Source of the DNA: Lachnospiraceae bacterium
Lineage (GTDB): Bacteria; Bacillota; Clostridia; Lachnospirales; Lachnospiraceae
Reading direction: 5' to 3'
DNA: 63,110 nucleotides
Assembly: GCA_017524595.1 (NCBI GenBank)
Contig: JAFXVI010000010.1
Coordinates: 1 to 63,110 of the forward strand
The notes beneath the pieces were generated by a model. The model worked only from the letters and a program-made list of their open reading frames with translations. It made no database searches and was not told where the DNA came from. Position 1 is the first letter of the stretch; each line of letters begins with the position of its first letter. The position numbers and the translations under genes were made by a program. Below are positions 1-10,093 of this stretch, piece by piece.

Positions 1-1832
1 ATAGCGCGTGTGATCCCGACGTAACACAGGCGTCTCTCTTCCTCCATTTCAGAAGGATCATCGCTGGTTATGTTCATGTATCCAGGAAATAACCCGTCTT
101 CCAGCCCGGTTATAAAAACATGAGGAAACTCAAGTCCCTTTGCACTGTGTAAAGTCATGAGCAAAACCTTGTTACTGTCGCTGCTTACATTGTCAATATC
201 AGCAACCAGTGCGACTTCTTCCAAAAACCCTGATAAGGTTGCTTCCTCCATCTCCTCATCGCCATGTTCATCCTCATAAGCCACAACCTTGTTTATAAAT
301 TCATCTATGTTCTCAATCCTCTGATCCGCATCTTCCTTGTCAACCGCTTCCATCTTTTCGATATAATCCGTCGTATCAAGTACATCATTGACCAGTTCTT
401 CAAGAGTTATGTACGGAAGCTTGCTACGAAATACCCGGATCATATCCACGAAAGGCTTAAGCTTTGATGCGCTCTTCCCAAGCGACGGTATCTCATCCGC
501 CCTCCCAAGCGCCTCAAAAAAAGTCAGATCATTATTATTCGCATATTCCTGAACCCTGTTTATGGTGGTTACACCGATATTGCGTTTCGGCACATTTATT
601 ATCCGTCTTACCGCAACATCATCCCTTGCGTTATCTATTGTCTTAAGATAAGCAAGAATATCCTTTATCTCACGCCTTGCATAAAAGTTTACCCCGCCCA
701 CGACATCATAAGGGATCCCGCTGAATATCAGCTGCTCCTCTATAAGACGAGCCTGAGCGTTGGTTCTGTACAGCACAGCACAATCCCTGTAGTCATACCT
801 GCCATCCCTCTTATTCTTTACTATCGTATCCGCCACATATTCCGCCTCCTCGTAACCCGATTCACACTGACGGAAATGTATCCTGCTGCCCTCTCCCCTG
901 TCGGTCCACAGCGACTTGTCCTTTCTTCCCATATTGTTGCTGATGACCGCATTTGCCGCATCCAGTATATTCTGTGTGGAACGGTAGTTCTGTTCAAGCT
1001 TTACTACCTTTGCATCCGGATATACCTTCTCAAAATCAAGTATATTCCTGATATTGGCGCCCCTGAACTTGTAAATCGACTGGTCGTCATCTCCAACCAC
1101 ACAGATATTCCTGTATTTTGCAGCCAGCAGTCTGATGAACTCAAACTGCACCGTATTGGTATCCTGATACTCATCTACCATTATATACCTGAATCGCTCC
1201 TGATAAGACTCAAGAACCTCAGGCCATGCTTTAAACAATTCAACCGTCTTTAAAAGAAGATCGTCAAAATCAAGCGCATTGCTCTTCTTAAGCTCCTTCT
1301 CATATTCGGCATACACTTTCGCAATCTGCTGCATCCCGAAATCTCCAATGGCTTCCCGCTGCATGTCATAAGCTGTCATCATTTCATCCTTGGCATGCGA
1401 TATTGCCGCCAGAAACGCCCGCTCCGGCATCTGCTTTGTATCTATCTGCAGTCGCTTGCATATACTCTTCATCACGGTCTTCTGATCATCAGTATCATAG
1501 ATCGTGAAATTGGTTTCATATCCGATCTTATCAATATATCTGCGCAGTATCCTGACACAGGTGCTGTGGAAAGTTGCAACCCATATGCTTTCAGAGCCGT
1601 AGCCGACCATATCGTCAACACGCCCCCTCATCTCACCGGCAGCCTTATTGGTAAAAGTGATCGCCAGTATATTCCACGGATTCACACCGCAATCCTCTAT
1701 CAGATATGCTATACGGTTCGTTATGACCCTCGTCTTTCCCGACCCGGCTCCCGCAAGTATAAGAAGAGGCCCCTCTGTATACAGGGCGGCCTCCTTCTGT
1801 TTATCATTTAGCATCTCAATTACACTGCTCAT
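1..1832 (-). CDS. pcrA: ATP-dependent DNA helicase, UvrD/PcrA family (3' end runs off the window; about 610 N-terminal codons present)
   Basis: Absent from the ORF track because it is open to position 1. Hand translation of the minus strand from ATG 1832-1830 gives MSSVIEMLNDKQKEAALYTEGPLLILAGAGSGKTRVITNRIAYL (Walker A). Near position 1 it gives ...TLHSAKGLEFPHVFITGLEDGLFP...EEERRLCYVGITRA (helicase motifs V/VI). The plus-strand ORFs listed for 264-1887 are antisense artefacts. Confidence 0.9.
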   Translation of the reverse strand, partial: MSSVIEMLNDKQKEAALYTEGPLLILAGAGSGKTRVITNRIAYLIEDCGVNPWNILAITFTNKAAGEMRGRVDDMVGYGSESIWVATFHSTCVRILRRYIDKIGYETNFTIYDTDDQKTVMKSICKRLQIDTKQMPERAFLAAISHAKDEMMTAYDMQREAIGDFGMQQIAKVYAEYEKELKKSNALDFDDLLLKTVELFKAWPEVLESYQERFRYIMVDEYQDTNTVQFEFIRLLAAKYRNICVVGDDDQSIYKFRGANIRNILDFEKVYPDAKVVKLEQNYRSTQNILDAANAVISNNMGRKDKSLWTDRGEGSRIHFRQCESGYEEAEYVADTIVKNKRDGRYDYRDCAVLYRTNAQARLIEEQLIFSGIPYDVVGGVNFYARREIKDILAYLKTIDNARDDVAVRRIINVPKRNIGVTTINRVQEYANNNDLTFFEALGRADEIPSLGKSASKLKPFVDMIRVFRSKLPYITLEELVNDVLDTTDYIEKMEAVDKEDADQRIENIDEFINKVVAYEDEHGDEEMEEATLSGFLEEVALVADIDNVSSDSNKVLLMTLHSAKGLEFPHVFITGLEDGLFPGYMNITSDDPSEMEEERRLCYVGITRA

Positions 1833-1841
1833 ATCCTTATC

Positions 1842-2141
1842 CTATTCTTTGTCGCGTTCCTTCAGCCTTCCAAGTACCATATCATAACCATCATTCCCGT
1901 AATTAAGTGATCTGTTCACACGGCTTATCGTGGCTGTAGAAGCTCCAGTCTTCTCAGCTATCTCAAGATAGGTCTTCTTCTCCCTTAACATAGTTGCTAC
2001 CTCAAAACGCTGTGACAAAGAGATTATTTCATTTATAGTACAGATATCTTCAAAAAAGATATAGCATTCTTCCTTATCCTTGAGCTGCAGTATTGCATCA
2101 AACAGATGACTGGCAGCTTCAGTCCTGATCTTAGGATTCAT
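1842..2141 (-). CDS. TrpR-like YerC/YecD family DNA-binding protein
   Basis: 99-aa ORF with an HTH segment, LREKKTYLEIAEKTGASTATISRVNRSL, typical of the YerC/YecD family. It ends 9 nt upstream of pcrA, the same neighbourhood as in Bacillus. Confidence 0.8.
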   Translation of the reverse strand: MNPKIRTEAASHLFDAILQLKDKEECYIFFEDICTINEIISLSQRFEVATMLREKKTYLEIAEKTGASTATISRVNRSLNYGNDGYDMVLGRLKERDKE

Positions 2142-2172
2142 CCGGTTTCCTCTGTAAATATAAAAATATAAA

Positions 2173-2793
2173 TTACATATCTGCTATCCCGAGTTTCTCA
2201 AACAACTTGGTAAGCGATGGGCGGTCAAGTATCAGCAGCATATGGCTGGTCATCTTCTCCTCACCCATTATGAACTGTTCATCTATTACCAGTATCTTAT
2301 CGCCGACCTCTGAATATTCCTTAAGTGGGATCTCCAATATATCGCCAACAGTGCTCACATGATATTCAGGTGGAATGATATCAACCTTCATGCTTGACAG
2401 TGAAGCTATTGCATTGGCATAAGCGCCCGAAGTGATATTTCCCATCTCTGAAAGAACGGACAGATCCATATCATTCAAGTCAGCAAGTGTATTAAGTTCC
2501 TTGGGATAAAATGTATTAATGATCCGTTCAGCGAACGGCTTCTTTACGATATGGAACATCATGCCGGTAAGGTCTTCCTTGACACCGATCCTGATACCCA
2601 AAACCTCACTGTTCTCACCACCCAGGAATTCCTTCACAGATTCAAAGTCAAGAAACCTGATGCTCGGTACCGACATATCAACAAATGTATTCAAAAGCAT
2701 AGCCAGCGCCGTACACGCATTGCCCGAACCGATATTACCGATCTCCTTAAGCAGGTCTATCTGTATATCACTGAACCCATCATATACGCCCAT
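2173..2793 (-). CDS. cheC: CheC-family chemotaxis phosphatase
   Basis: 206 aa. It has two CheC/FliY-type repeats: LLKEIGNIGSGNACTALAMLL and LSEMGNITSGAYANAIASL. Confidence 0.8.
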   Translation of the reverse strand: MGVYDGFSDIQIDLLKEIGNIGSGNACTALAMLLNTFVDMSVPSIRFLDFESVKEFLGGENSEVLGIRIGVKEDLTGMMFHIVKKPFAERIINTFYPKELNTLADLNDMDLSVLSEMGNITSGAYANAIASLSSMKVDIIPPEYHVSTVGDILEIPLKEYSEVGDKILVIDEQFIMGEEKMTSHMLLILDRPSLTKLFEKLGIADM

Positions 2794-2928
2794 TGAGCGG
2801 TACCCCTTTCGGAAATGATAGATTCAGTGTATCATAATTTTACCCTTCATGCAATTACAGTAAGAAAGTTTACACCAAAATCATACAAAAATCGCCTCCA
2901 TATAAGATAAAAATCGTCACTTCGGCTA

Positions 2929-2957
2929 TTGAACAAAACATATCATAAAACTATAAT
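2929..2957 (+). promoter_or_regulatory. sigma-A-type promoter for the antiporter gene
   Basis: TTGAAC (2929-2934), 17 nt spacer, TATAAT (2952-2957), 38 nt upstream of ATG 2996. Confidence 0.45.
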
Positions 2958-2995
2958 TATTCTCAATTTAAGGAAATGACACAGGCGGTATAAAG

Positions 2996-4204
2996 ATGGA
3001 AGCATATGAGATATTTAAAAATCTGGCAATAATCATAATATTTGCAAAGGTGTTCGGGATCCTTGCAAGAAAGCTTAAGGCACCACAGGTCGTTGGTGAA
3101 ATAATCGCCGGACTCATCGTAGGTCCCAGTATCCTCGGTCTTGTAACAACTTCTGATTTTCTGTCCCAAATGGCGGAAATCGGAGTGGTGCTCCTTATGT
3201 TCTCAGCTGGTCTCGGTACCGACTTAAAGGAGCTGCTAAAAACCGGTCCTGTCGCCTGTCTCATCGCCGCAGCAGGCGTATTTGTTCCGCTTGCAGGGGG
3301 ATGCCTTCTGCATATGTGCTTCTACGGCTTCAATCCCATACATGATCCGGGCTTCGTAACATCTCTGTTCATCGGAGTGATAATGACCGCGACTTCCGTG
3401 AGCATAACGGTCGAAACACTTAAGGAACTTGGGTATTTAAAAAGCAGGGTCGGAACTACGGTTCTTGCTGCCGCGATCATTGATGATGTAATTGGTATTG
3501 TTGTATTAACCTTCGTAGTGGGAATGAGAACTCCCGACTCAAACACGGGAACCGTTGTATTAAAAACGGTATTGTTCTTTATATTTACCTTTGTTATCGG
3601 CATTCTGTCCTACCATGCATTCAAATGGGTAGATAAGCGCTGGCCCCATACAAGACGCATTCCTATAGCGGGACTTGCATACTGTTTTGCTTTTGCATAT
3701 ATTGCCGAGCGTTTCTTCGGGATAGCCGATATAACCGGCGCCTATTTTGCAGGTATAATCCTGTGCTCGATCAAGGACTCGGATTATATTGCCGAAAAAA
3801 TGGATATCAATTCATATATGCTTTTCGGTCCAATATTCTTCGCCAGTATCGGACTAAAGACCGACATAGATGATTTTTCAACCAATATACTATGGTTCTC
3901 GATAGCCTTTGTAATAGTAGCACTTCTAACTAAAATAATCGCCTGCGGAGCAATTGCATTGGTCTGCAAATTCTCTGCAAGCGACAGTTTAAAGATAGGT
4001 GTCGGTATGATGACCCGTGGCGAAGTAGCCCTCATAGTATCTCAAAAGGGATTGTCCGTTGGGCTTTTAAAGCCGGTTTATTTCACCAGTGTTATTCTGC
4101 TTATAATCGTTTCATCCATTGCCACGCCCATTATCCTTAAGTTGCTGTTTAACAGACATCCTCAAAAGGATAGCGTCGGGACGTCGGGATCAACCCCTGA
4201 ATGA
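2996..4204 (+). CDS. Cation:proton antiporter (CPA2/Kef-NapA type)
   Basis: 402 aa and polytopic. The N-terminus LAIIIIFAKVFGILARKLKAPQVVGEIIAGLIVGPSILG is the hallmark start of the Na+/H+ exchanger family. Confidence 0.85.
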   Translation: MEAYEIFKNLAIIIIFAKVFGILARKLKAPQVVGEIIAGLIVGPSILGLVTTSDFLSQMAEIGVVLLMFSAGLGTDLKELLKTGPVACLIAAAGVFVPLAGGCLLHMCFYGFNPIHDPGFVTSLFIGVIMTATSVSITVETLKELGYLKSRVGTTVLAAAIIDDVIGIVVLTFVVGMRTPDSNTGTVVLKTVLFFIFTFVIGILSYHAFKWVDKRWPHTRRIPIAGLAYCFAFAYIAERFFGIADITGAYFAGIILCSIKDSDYIAEKMDINSYMLFGPIFFASIGLKTDIDDFSTNILWFSIAFVIVALLTKIIACGAIALVCKFSASDSLKIGVGMMTRGEVALIVSQKGLSVGLLKPVYFTSVILLIIVSSIATPIILKLLFNRHPQKDSVGTSGSTPE

Positions 4205-5980
4205 CAGGATCATGGCAACCTGGAGGGCAAGTAACGTCAGATACATGACATCATCAGTCTCCATACGGCTCACTGCTACTCCGTATATCTTATCCGAATG
4301 ATGTATGTCGGCAAAACAGTATCTGCTGCTCTTATCATCTTCATACTCGGACGCAAAATACAATTCATTTATCCCGCCTTCTATAACAGGACGTTCCTCA
4401 AACGCATATGTGACTATCCCTTCGGCTTCATTCTTTTTGGCGGCAAGACGCATACGCGCACTGTGCACAGTCTCTATCCCTTCCGAATGCATAACCGGCT
4501 CATCATAAAGGAAGATGTAGATATCCGACCTGTCCGAAAAACACATCTTCTCAAGCGCAACCCTGAACATCTTCTGCTCATCATCTGAAACAAAACTCAT
4601 ATTCCTTGAGATCAGCGACAACTGCATGGTCTCAGTTTCATATTTAATAGTCCTTACATTCTCAATATTGAATACATAATTCTGAAGATACTTCATGCCT
4701 TCGACTAAAATTTCCGAAAGGAGTATCATCTTATTATGATCAGCGGAATCATGTATGAGTGCCGACATATAATCCGAAAATGCATTCATCATCGCATTGG
4801 GAGAAATATATTTGCTAAATGGGGAATTGACAAGTTCCCTCAGCTGCCCTACAACCGTCTCCGCATTGAGCGTATCCTTTATATAACCTCCGAGGATGAG
4901 AATATCCTTATACAGTGATTCGTATAGGATATCATATATCTTATCACCTATCTCATCCTTCACATTGGAAATGAGGATATCTTCCCGCATAAGTTCAGCA
5001 ATCTTGACCGCATAGAATTCAGGCTGTGTGCGTTCGATATCACTCATAGGAAGATATCTGTGCTTCCTCCCGTAACTGCAACCGCAGGAGCTGCGTTTCT
5101 TTAATATGGTAGGAACTATACCGCCGTCTATAATCCCGTCCCTTAAAAGCACCAGCACATTCTCGATCGACTTGTAACCCTCATAATAAAAATCCTGTCC
5201 AACAGTCGTAAGAGGCGGATCAGAAGACGATGCGCGGACATCGTCATCATAACCCGTAACGGCTACTGCACTTGCATCAAGTCTCGGATTACCCACACGC
5301 ATTCCGCGCTTCTTAAGCACATCATAAACAGCATACGCCATCAGGTCATTGGCACACACTATTGCTTCCGGCTTCTCATTCCTGTCAAGTAATTCTTCAA
5401 CAACCGGTCCGCACAGTTCGCTGAACAGGCCATATACCATCATTTTAGGCTCAAAATGCAGTTCATTCTCAATAAGAACATCCTCAAAAGCCCGTTTTCT
5501 TTCTATTGACTCACGATTATTTTCCCATCCTCCGACATAGAGAAACTTCGTGTACCCATGATAATTCACCAGATGCTCCACGACCTTTCGCATACTGCTG
5601 TAATTATCATTTATGATATAGCCGGTATTATTCCTGTCAGAAAATTCCTCTATCAGGATATATGGTATATCGCCATATGTATCCAGTAATCTCTGCTTCT
5701 CCTGCGTAGTCATATCCATGGTATGCGAACCATATACAACTACCATACCGTCGATCTCATTCCGTCTTACATGCTCTCTCGTAATGGCATTCATAAGATC
5801 ATGGTCCTTTTCGATCTCGCCGCCATCCATGAAATTGTAAGTAAGCTGCGAACCTGCGAATACAACCAGATCAGCGCCTAAATCATAGGCCGCCTGATAC
5901 ATTCCACGCAAAACAGTCCTCAGATATGGTGCAATGGCGCTGCCCATAAGCACGCCGATACGTTTGCGCCTGTTTATCAT
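4190..5980 (-). CDS. LacI-type sugar-binding (periplasmic-binding-protein fold) domain protein without HTH, plus an unassigned ~290-aa C-terminal region
   Basis: 596 aa. The N-terminal ~300 aa resemble a LacI/PurR ligand-binding core (RIGVLMGS..., AIVCANDLMAYAVYDVLKKRGMRVG..., VAVTGYDD). There is no N-terminal HTH and no signal peptide. The extreme C-terminus is hydrophobic (VMYLTLLALQVAMILSF). SD AAGGAGAG sits directly after the stop of the upstream regulator gene. Confidence 0.6.
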   Translation of the reverse strand: MINRRKRIGVLMGSAIAPYLRTVLRGMYQAAYDLGADLVVFAGSQLTYNFMDGGEIEKDHDLMNAITREHVRRNEIDGMVVVYGSHTMDMTTQEKQRLLDTYGDIPYILIEEFSDRNNTGYIINDNYSSMRKVVEHLVNYHGYTKFLYVGGWENNRESIERKRAFEDVLIENELHFEPKMMVYGLFSELCGPVVEELLDRNEKPEAIVCANDLMAYAVYDVLKKRGMRVGNPRLDASAVAVTGYDDDVRASSSDPPLTTVGQDFYYEGYKSIENVLVLLRDGIIDGGIVPTILKKRSSCGCSYGRKHRYLPMSDIERTQPEFYAVKIAELMREDILISNVKDEIGDKIYDILYESLYKDILILGGYIKDTLNAETVVGQLRELVNSPFSKYISPNAMMNAFSDYMSALIHDSADHNKMILLSEILVEGMKYLQNYVFNIENVRTIKYETETMQLSLISRNMSFVSDDEQKMFRVALEKMCFSDRSDIYIFLYDEPVMHSEGIETVHSARMRLAAKKNEAEGIVTYAFEERPVIEGGINELYFASEYEDDKSSRYCFADIHHSDKIYGVAVSRMETDDVMYLTLLALQVAMILSFRG

Positions 5981-5989
5981 ATACTCTCC

Positions 5990-7120
5990 TTATTCCTTCG
6001 AGTTCTTAAGCGGGCAGATCTTATATACCAGCATATATTCGTTAAGATTGCTCTTCCTGTAAAAGCTCATGCGGACACGTTCCATGACCTTTACTGCATT
6101 CTCGTATGAATCTACAGGAAACATTATCGCATACTGGTCATCTGAATAACGGCATATACTGTCACCCATTCGCAGTTCATGTTTACAGCATTCAAGCAAA
6201 GCCGACATCGCACGCTCATTCTTAAGCGGCTCATGTCTGTCTGTGATCTTTGAACGAAGCGTTGCCATTGTAAGGAACATTGTCTCACCGGTACGCATCA
6301 GCAATCTTCTCTGCAGTCTGTATACTTCGCGGAACATATCATATTCACAGACAAATGCCGTATTTTCTGAAGAATCCGTCTCCATCTCCTCGCGGACACC
6401 ACCGATCATGCGATCCATATCCTTAACAGCGCTGCGGAACATATTGTATTCGCTGCGCATGGAGTCGCTCTCCAGACCCTTCTGCATGGCAATATTCATT
6501 TCATTTTCGATCTCAAGGGATACCGGTATGTACTCCTGGACTTCATTGCATACATTTATAACGCCGTTATAATCATTCCTGCCCTTAAGCAGCTGGATAT
6601 ATTCAAGAGCAACACGTATGTATGTATCCCTTAGTGCTACTGCTTTGGGAACCACCCAATGCTCTGCATTGGAATCAGGCAGAAGATTGCCGGTATACAG
6701 ATCCATGGCGTTGCGAAGCATTGACATCTTCTTATCATCGCTTCCTATCATTTCAAGCGCGTTTCGTGATGCCTCTTCAAAATCATAAATATCGATGGAA
6801 ATATCTAGATCAGTATTCCACTGATATGCTCCTCTCCTGCTTAGGACAGAATTATTAAGGGCGGATATTCCCGTGCTGTCTATCATAGCCCTGTAGCGAT
6901 AAAGGAGAGTACGAAGTGCCGTCCCGGGATTTGCATAATCCTCTCCTGACCAAAGCAGCTCGAAAAGCTCTTTATGTGAAATGGGTTTGTCTTTATTCAG
7001 AAGGAGATAACACAAAAACAGTTTGGTCTTTCTCGTATTTGCAAGATTCTCAAGGATCGGCTTATCATCTTTATATATTCCAAAGCCGCCGAACAGTGTG
7101 ATTTTTACATTAGATGCCAT
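5990..7120 (-). CDS. SARP/BTAD-type winged-helix transcriptional regulator fused to a degenerate GGDEF-like domain
   Basis: The N-terminus KITLFGGFGIYKDDKPI...ISHKELFELLWSGEDYANPGTALRTLLYRYR is an OmpR/SARP-type wHTH, followed by BTAD-like helices. The C-terminal ~130 aa align by eye to the GGDEF fold, with RYSDDQYAIMF in place of RxGGDEFxxxx. I prefer ATG 7120 (GGAGGAAATT-ATG) over the TTG at 7132. Confidence 0.6.
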   Translation of the reverse strand: MASNVKITLFGGFGIYKDDKPILENLANTRKTKLFLCYLLLNKDKPISHKELFELLWSGEDYANPGTALRTLLYRYRAMIDSTGISALNNSVLSRRGAYQWNTDLDISIDIYDFEEASRNALEMIGSDDKKMSMLRNAMDLYTGNLLPDSNAEHWVVPKAVALRDTYIRVALEYIQLLKGRNDYNGVINVCNEVQEYIPVSLEIENEMNIAMQKGLESDSMRSEYNMFRSAVKDMDRMIGGVREEMETDSSENTAFVCEYDMFREVYRLQRRLLMRTGETMFLTMATLRSKITDRHEPLKNERAMSALLECCKHELRMGDSICRYSDDQYAIMFPVDSYENAVKVMERVRMSFYRKSNLNEYMLVYKICPLKNSKE

Positions 7121-7178
7121 AATTTCCTCCAAATATTATCATTTATCAGTTATTGTGTCACATACGAACCTAATTATG

Positions 7179-7207
7179 ATAATATCACCTAGTGATTGAT
7201 TTTTCAA
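7179..7207 (-). promoter_or_regulatory. sigma-A-type promoter for the regulator/sensor pair
   Basis: Minus strand: TTGAAA (7207-7202), 17 nt spacer, TATTAT (7184-7179). This separates 4190-7120 transcriptionally from the operon upstream. Confidence 0.45.
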
Positions 7208-7242
7208 GTCTTTTTAATAAAATATATAAACTAAAAGTCATT

Positions 7243-8607
7243 TTACGGAGCTATTATAACACCTTTATCCGGCATTGCTTCAATGTAATCCGATACCCTG
7301 TTATTAATACCGTCTGTTCCTGAAGACGCAGTGCCGTTCTTTTCCTCATTCACAATAGTACGTACTATTTCACGACCTGAAACTATATTATTGTTACCGT
7401 ATATGTATATTCTGTCACCCGCAATGACAAGTCCCTCTACATTACAGCCGTTTTCTATGATAACGTTACCGGCAGTTATGATAACACCTGTAAAATCGTC
7501 TGTCAGAGTAACATCCTCATTGGTTATTATCTTACTGTAGCGACCGGTGTATTTGCTGTCATTGGCACTGCTGTATCCTGATGTAATATCATCCACAAGA
7601 TCAGCGGTACTGCTTATTAACTTAACGATATTCTCATAATGCTCAGCATCTGTGAACTCGACTGATCCATCGCGCAGGAACAGGCTTCCGTTTACCGTAT
7701 ACTCGGTTTTTGACGGATAGTTCTCGATATCATTTATCGTGTTTGCGTATATGGATATTTCATTATCCTGATTTCCGAACAGAACAAAGGCACCCTTTAA
7801 ATTGATATCACCCGTTGTGACTATGCTGTTGCCAAACATTGCTGCCTGTGTGGTGAGCATATTAATACCGCCGTACGGATCCTTTTCTCCGAATGCAAGC
7901 TCTGCTTCCCTATTTTCCTCAAACTCATGCGTTCCGGCAAAAACACTACCTACAAAAGACGATGTCTGTCCGGTTATATAGATACCTTTCATTCCTACAA
8001 GGCTGTAATCATAAAAGTTAATGCTCTCATCGCTGAAAGAAACATCCGGTGCAGGAATATCGCATGTACACGTCTTTTCTTCTATGACCGTGTCCCCGAC
8101 AACATAGCTTATGACTACATCCCTTATAAAGCACTGCCTTATCTCGCAGTTGCTTTCATCATAATCAAGTATGAATTCCGGCTCCGGATCGGTGGATATG
8201 ATATATTTCCCTCCTTCTGCTGAAGGCAGGTATCGCTCCAATGTTTCCGCAAGAGCCTTTCCTCCGGTTCCGTACATGGCATTTATCCGGTCAATGTATT
8301 GCCTGTAATATGCGGATTTCTTACCGGTGTTCAACGTATCTACAGATGAACCCTCCTGTTCCTTAAGCCCTATCAGCATAACAGAATATACGTCTTCTGC
8401 AGCATCTTCCCCCGACGACTGCACCTTCTGCTTAAGGGCATCTACTGCCTCATCAAGTGCCTTATCCACACGCGCACCTGTCTTCTGCTTCATGAGCATT
8501 TTTGTTATGTCAACCGTTTGCGCATAAACAAATACCACCGCCAAAGCGGTGATACCCAAAAGAAATAATGCTACTACAGCTTGTTTATGTTGTTTCCTGT
8601 TATACAA
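7243..8607 (-). CDS. Membrane-anchored protein of unknown function (single N-terminal TM, large extracytoplasmic part)
   Basis: 454 aa. TM segment AVVALFLLGITALAVVFVYA. The C-terminal part is Gly/Asn/Ile/Val-rich and looks beta-helix-like (GVIITAGNVIIENGCNVEGLVIAGDRIYIYGNNNIV). TTG start preceded by AAGGGAGA, 22 nt after the stop of the PilC-like gene. Confidence 0.6.
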   Translation of the reverse strand: MYNRKQHKQAVVALFLLGITALAVVFVYAQTVDITKMLMKQKTGARVDKALDEAVDALKQKVQSSGEDAAEDVYSVMLIGLKEQEGSSVDTLNTGKKSAYYRQYIDRINAMYGTGGKALAETLERYLPSAEGGKYIISTDPEPEFILDYDESNCEIRQCFIRDVVISYVVGDTVIEEKTCTCDIPAPDVSFSDESINFYDYSLVGMKGIYITGQTSSFVGSVFAGTHEFEENREAELAFGEKDPYGGINMLTTQAAMFGNSIVTTGDINLKGAFVLFGNQDNEISIYANTINDIENYPSKTEYTVNGSLFLRDGSVEFTDAEHYENIVKLISSTADLVDDITSGYSSANDSKYTGRYSKIITNEDVTLTDDFTGVIITAGNVIIENGCNVEGLVIAGDRIYIYGNNNIVSGREIVRTIVNEEKNGTASSGTDGINNRVSDYIEAMPDKGVIIAP

Positions 8608-8629
8608 GTCTGTCTCCCTTGTTTATAGA

Positions 8630-10093
8630 TCAAAGCTCTTTTACCAGTTCATAAAAACGTAATACGGGCTGAAGCATTGACAGAAGCAGGAACAGTACCA
8701 CTACCGCCATAATGATTATTGAAACAGGTTCCTTACGGGCTACGTGTCTGGCCGCATCTCTATCGGCTTCTTTCTCATAGTATTCGGCCACCTGCAAAAG
8801 CATTCTGGGGGTGTCTCCCATCTCCTCTCCAACTGAGATCATCTGAAGGACATACATCGGAAAGAATTCAAACACACATAATGCGTTTGATAAAGTGGAA
8901 CCCTCTGCTGAAGCATTGGCTGCTTCAAGCAGCCTGGCTGTAAGAAAAGGATATTCCGTAAAAGAATGTGCAGTCACAAACAATGCATCCTTGGCAGCTA
9001 CTCCCACCTCAAGCAGTACATTCATGTATCTTGCGAACTTGGCATAAATGTTCATTCTTTTATATGATCCGGCAGGAAGTGATTTCTCTCCCAGTGTCGG
9101 ACCCAGTATGTCGGCACTGCTGGCTTTCCTGTACAGGAAAATGGCCAAAAGTATAAGTGCTACTATTATCGTCAAAAGCCACCAAATACCGCGGAATGAA
9201 TCCGCCAGTATGAGAAGAGCCCTGGATACACCCGGAAGCTCAGTATTAAGCCCTGAAAACATATCAACAAATCCGGGATAAACTACTAACATCATCACGA
9301 TCATCACGATCAATGAACATATAGTCACAAGAGCCGGATAGAACACGGATATACTGCCCATTTCCTTCTGTTCCTCTTCACGCGCAAAAATATCGGAAAA
9401 CTTCTTGAATGTATGGGCAACCATATCATTTCTCTCCGCGGCGGATACGGCGATCGTAAATGCAAACGGAAAGCAGGCGCAATTACCCATGGCAACGGAG
9501 AGATCCGTGCCGTCCTTGATCTCATTATATATTCTCTCAAGGGCGTCATGAAGATCCTCATTGGGGGTCTGTTCAATAAGTATTCTTATCGTATCTACAG
9601 TACTGACGCCCGCCTGACTGATACTTGCAAACTGGGCACACATATCCCTTAGTTCCTTATACGGTATTGTGCCCCTGGCTTCTTCGCGTGTTATATCTAT
9701 CTTTTCAAATTCAGCCTTCTCTACAACTGTATAAGCATCAAAAATATTAGAACCTGTCGGCCTTAACCCGGAAACATTCACAGGAGAAACATCATCTTGC
9801 GAAGATACGGTCAGTTCGGTATCTGTCACCTTGGCACTCTCAAACTCACTCCAGTCACCTAAAGGCGCATCATTAATAGGTTCATCCGGTTCCTTATTTT
9901 TCTTATCCGGAGAACTGTCTTGCTTCCTGGCACCTGATTTCCTGCGCTTCTTCCCTTTGCCGTGTCCCTGTTTTTTCTTTACACCAACAGGTTCGGTATC
10001 AAGATACTGGAGTTCTTCCTCCCGCTCCCTGTTAAAGACCGCAGCCGGATCACCTATATTCAAATCTTCATGATTATCAAATCCGTCACTCAT
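8630..10093 (-). CDS. Type II secretion system F / PilC-family polytopic membrane protein with a ~150-aa charged N-terminal extension
   Basis: Two T2SS-F repeats are recognisable (ISQAGVSTVDTIRILIEQT...LSVAMGNCACFPFAFTIAVSAAERND and LLEVGVAAKDALFVTA...FPMYVLQMISVGEEMGDTPRML), with TM segments between them. The N-terminus is Lys/Arg-rich (GVKKKQGHGKGKKRRKSGARK). I prefer ATG 10093, which overlaps the GH25 stop by 8 nt. Confidence 0.8.
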   Translation of the reverse strand: MSDGFDNHEDLNIGDPAAVFNREREEELQYLDTEPVGVKKKQGHGKGKKRRKSGARKQDSSPDKKNKEPDEPINDAPLGDWSEFESAKVTDTELTVSSQDDVSPVNVSGLRPTGSNIFDAYTVVEKAEFEKIDITREEARGTIPYKELRDMCAQFASISQAGVSTVDTIRILIEQTPNEDLHDALERIYNEIKDGTDLSVAMGNCACFPFAFTIAVSAAERNDMVAHTFKKFSDIFAREEEQKEMGSISVFYPALVTICSLIVMIVMMLVVYPGFVDMFSGLNTELPGVSRALLILADSFRGIWWLLTIIVALILLAIFLYRKASSADILGPTLGEKSLPAGSYKRMNIYAKFARYMNVLLEVGVAAKDALFVTAHSFTEYPFLTARLLEAANASAEGSTLSNALCVFEFFPMYVLQMISVGEEMGDTPRMLLQVAEYYEKEADRDAARHVARKEPVSIIIMAVVVLFLLLSMLQPVLRFYELVKEL

